Made by a program: the position numbers and the translations under genes. DNA of 64,000 bases from Pavona decussata (lineage: Eukaryota): NCBI GenBank assembly GCA_977016875.1, contig CDRNST010000067.1, positions 2,418,001-2,482,000 on the forward strand, written 5' to 3'. Below the pieces are notes generated by a model. The model saw only the letters and a list, made by a program, of their open reading frames with translations, had not been told where the DNA came from and did no database searches. The stretch's first letter is position 1, and each line of letters begins with the position of its first letter. Shown here one piece after another: positions 62,201 to 64,000 of the stretch.

Positions 62201-63484
62201 TCAAGATGTCGAGCCATGTCTTTGTCGTCCTCCTGATGACTGCATAACAAAACAAACAAACAATTGAAGAGGCAAAAATAGTGGATATGTTGAGGTAAGG
62301 AACAACAGTGAAATAAAACATTGGTCCCATGAACCTAGTTTAAGCCTTAGCTCCCATGAGTCTCCTGTAGCTCAGTGGTAAAGCATCCCAACTAGTAATT
62401 GGAAGGTCTTAGGTTCGACTCGTGATAGGGGCACTCAAATTTCCTTTTTCTGAGTGTGCCTGTGTCGCTTACTGAAAAAACATCCTCAAAACATTGGGTA
62501 CCGGTAGTTCCAAATGGATCAACTAGGAGAATTTGACTCCACTTCATCCCACCTGAAGGCACCTATACCAAACTGAAGCTACTCTGCTAATTTGCTTCTA
62601 ACTACAATTATTAATGTAGTTTTTTTTAAGAAGGCTCAAAAGGGTTTTAGCTGCATGTACATGCATATTTACCTGAAGATACCATGGCTGGGATGCATAC
62701 ACTGGGTGAATGAATCAAAATTTCTACCAAAAGTTGTGCGTGCAAAAGTGAAAAGTGGCATAAAATCATATGAACTGGAAATAAACCTTCAAGACACATT
62801 AAGAATGACATTACAAATGATTGACCTCATTACCACAATGACAGAGTTGTAAAGAAACCCAAAGGACTTGAGAAATACTTTTTTGTAATCTTTCACGGTC
62901 TAACATACACCCTTTGGGCCTGCTTTAACACTGGATTAGAGATATTAGCTGGGAGAAAAGTCAAGTGTCCTACCAAACAACCAGTAAAATGAAGAAAACA
63001 AAAAGGTTTTCAACTAACAAGCTTCAGATCCAGAGTCTGATGTGCTATTTTATATTGTCAACCAAAACCTTTTCCATTTTATTAAATGTGCTGGGGTGTA
63101 TTTCTTTCAAGAGAGGCTCCTGTAGGTATTCACAAGCTCAGGGTTGTCACACAGATGATCAAATAGTAAAATAGTTTCCCTTTGTTCTATACAATGATCT
63201 GGCCAGACATTCAGATAGAAATCTTATGCTTCCAGTTTGTTTCTTACCTTGGCCATCTCGCTCTTCAAGGCAGAATTTTTGGATCTTTCTTGCTCCAGCT
63301 CAGCATGTAACTGCACAACCTGATTGTGGAAAATTTAACATGGCTTGAAGTTCTCAGTAATTAATTGAAATAAACCATTAAATTCTAGCACTCAAAACAC
63401 CAAACAGTCATAAATTCCCTCTAACCTGTTCTTTAACTTCATTTAACTCTTCAATTTGCATCAACAGCTCAGATTTTTCTTTCA
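62201..63484 (-). CDS. GKAP1: 3' exons of a G-kinase-anchoring protein 1-like coiled-coil protein (gene continues beyond the window)
   Basis: Exons 63484-63426 (xKEKSELLMQIEELNEVKEQ), 63319-63248 (VVQLHAELEQERSKNSALKSEMAK) and 62239-62201 (SSGGRQRHGSTS*). These resemble the GKAP1 C-terminus (KDKAEILLQ..LHAALEQERSK..ELAK..GGR). Minus-strand AATAAA at ~62136-62141. Confidence 0.72.
62330..62486 (+). mobile_element. tRNA-derived SINE (head resembles tRNA-Thr AGT)
   Basis: A box TAGCTCAGTGGT, anticodon arm CCAA-CTAGTAA-TTGG and B box GGTTCGACTC at ~62361-62433. Acceptor and T stems are mispaired, and a non-tRNA tail follows. Confidence 0.75.
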
Positions 63485-63769
63485 CTAAGAAAAGTTGATA
63501 ATAGGTGTCAGCTCTAGCTAAACATTGATCTGCTGGACTGTCAATAAAGTGTAGCCACCTTAACCCATGATAGACATATATACTTAATTATGCAAAACAT
63601 GGACCATGTGTTTGGACCACTCTTTTGTTCTGAAGCCTAATTTTTTAAGTGGCTATTGTTTTTGATTCCCATTCCTTTCTTTTTGTAACTGCTTAATATG
63701 TTTGCATTCATAAATGTGATGGCCTTTCATGTATTTAATTTGCTATCCTCAGTTAACATGATCATTGGA

Positions 63770-64000
63770 ATATAAATGCAAGTCCAGAGTTTTGATTGGC
63801 TTAGCGGTCATGGTATATGAGCCATTATACCATCCCAGAGAAATAGCGACCACTAAATTGTCTTCTGATTGTTCTTGCAAAGCGAAATCAGCCAGATCTA
63901 TCAATATTTCTTGATTGGTTTTAATAGAGTGTAATTATTCCACTCGCACTTGTTGGATATGAGATGATTTATATAGCCAACTTGGTCTTAGGTGCCACAT
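63770..64000. mobile_element. Probable non-autonomous Crypton-like repeat fragment
   Basis: GATTGGCT..ATATGAGCCATTATACC start and an ATTATTCCACTCGCACTTGTTGGATATGAGATG..AGCCAAC end, similar in layout to the hairpin end at ~32455-32570. Confidence 0.35.

Noticed and set aside
62361-62433. Functional tRNA-Thr gene
   Set aside because: Acceptor and T stems are mispaired and a SINE-like tail follows.

Overview
AT-rich eukaryotic (metazoan) genomic DNA with short GT-AG exons, microsatellites, three N-gaps and a dense load of non-autonomous transposons. The repeat landscape looks cnidarian (stony coral), but that is inference. Genes reconstructed by hand from splice sites: (1) two tandem minus-strand copies of a 4-exon synaptotagmin-like gene (TM + C2A + C2B, Ca2+-ligand aspartates largely lost), <1-8242 and 15259-21106; (2) a 13-exon DAZAP1/Hrp48-type two-RRM hnRNP gene (+, 24468-37295); (3) a 14-exon UTP15 (-, 43661-55596), head-to-head with (4) a 3-exon RPS15 (+, 58842-60806); (5) the 3' end of a GKAP1-like gene (-, 62201 to >63484). 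A 5'-truncated CR1/L2-type LINE with a long RT ORF lies at ~39080-41197. The duplicated synaptotagmin locus provides empty-versus-filled sites that define four insertions: a tandem Helentron/HINE-like element, a TTAA (Kolobok-like) MITE, a CAGGG element with a 6-bp TSD, and a 182-bp Penelope-like piece carrying a minimal hammerhead ribozyme. The most unusual object is an 812-bp TIR element (12955-13766) carrying an intact PHD finger with its own ATG, splice donor and poly(A) signal; the ORF track misses it. Most short ORFs in the track are noise.
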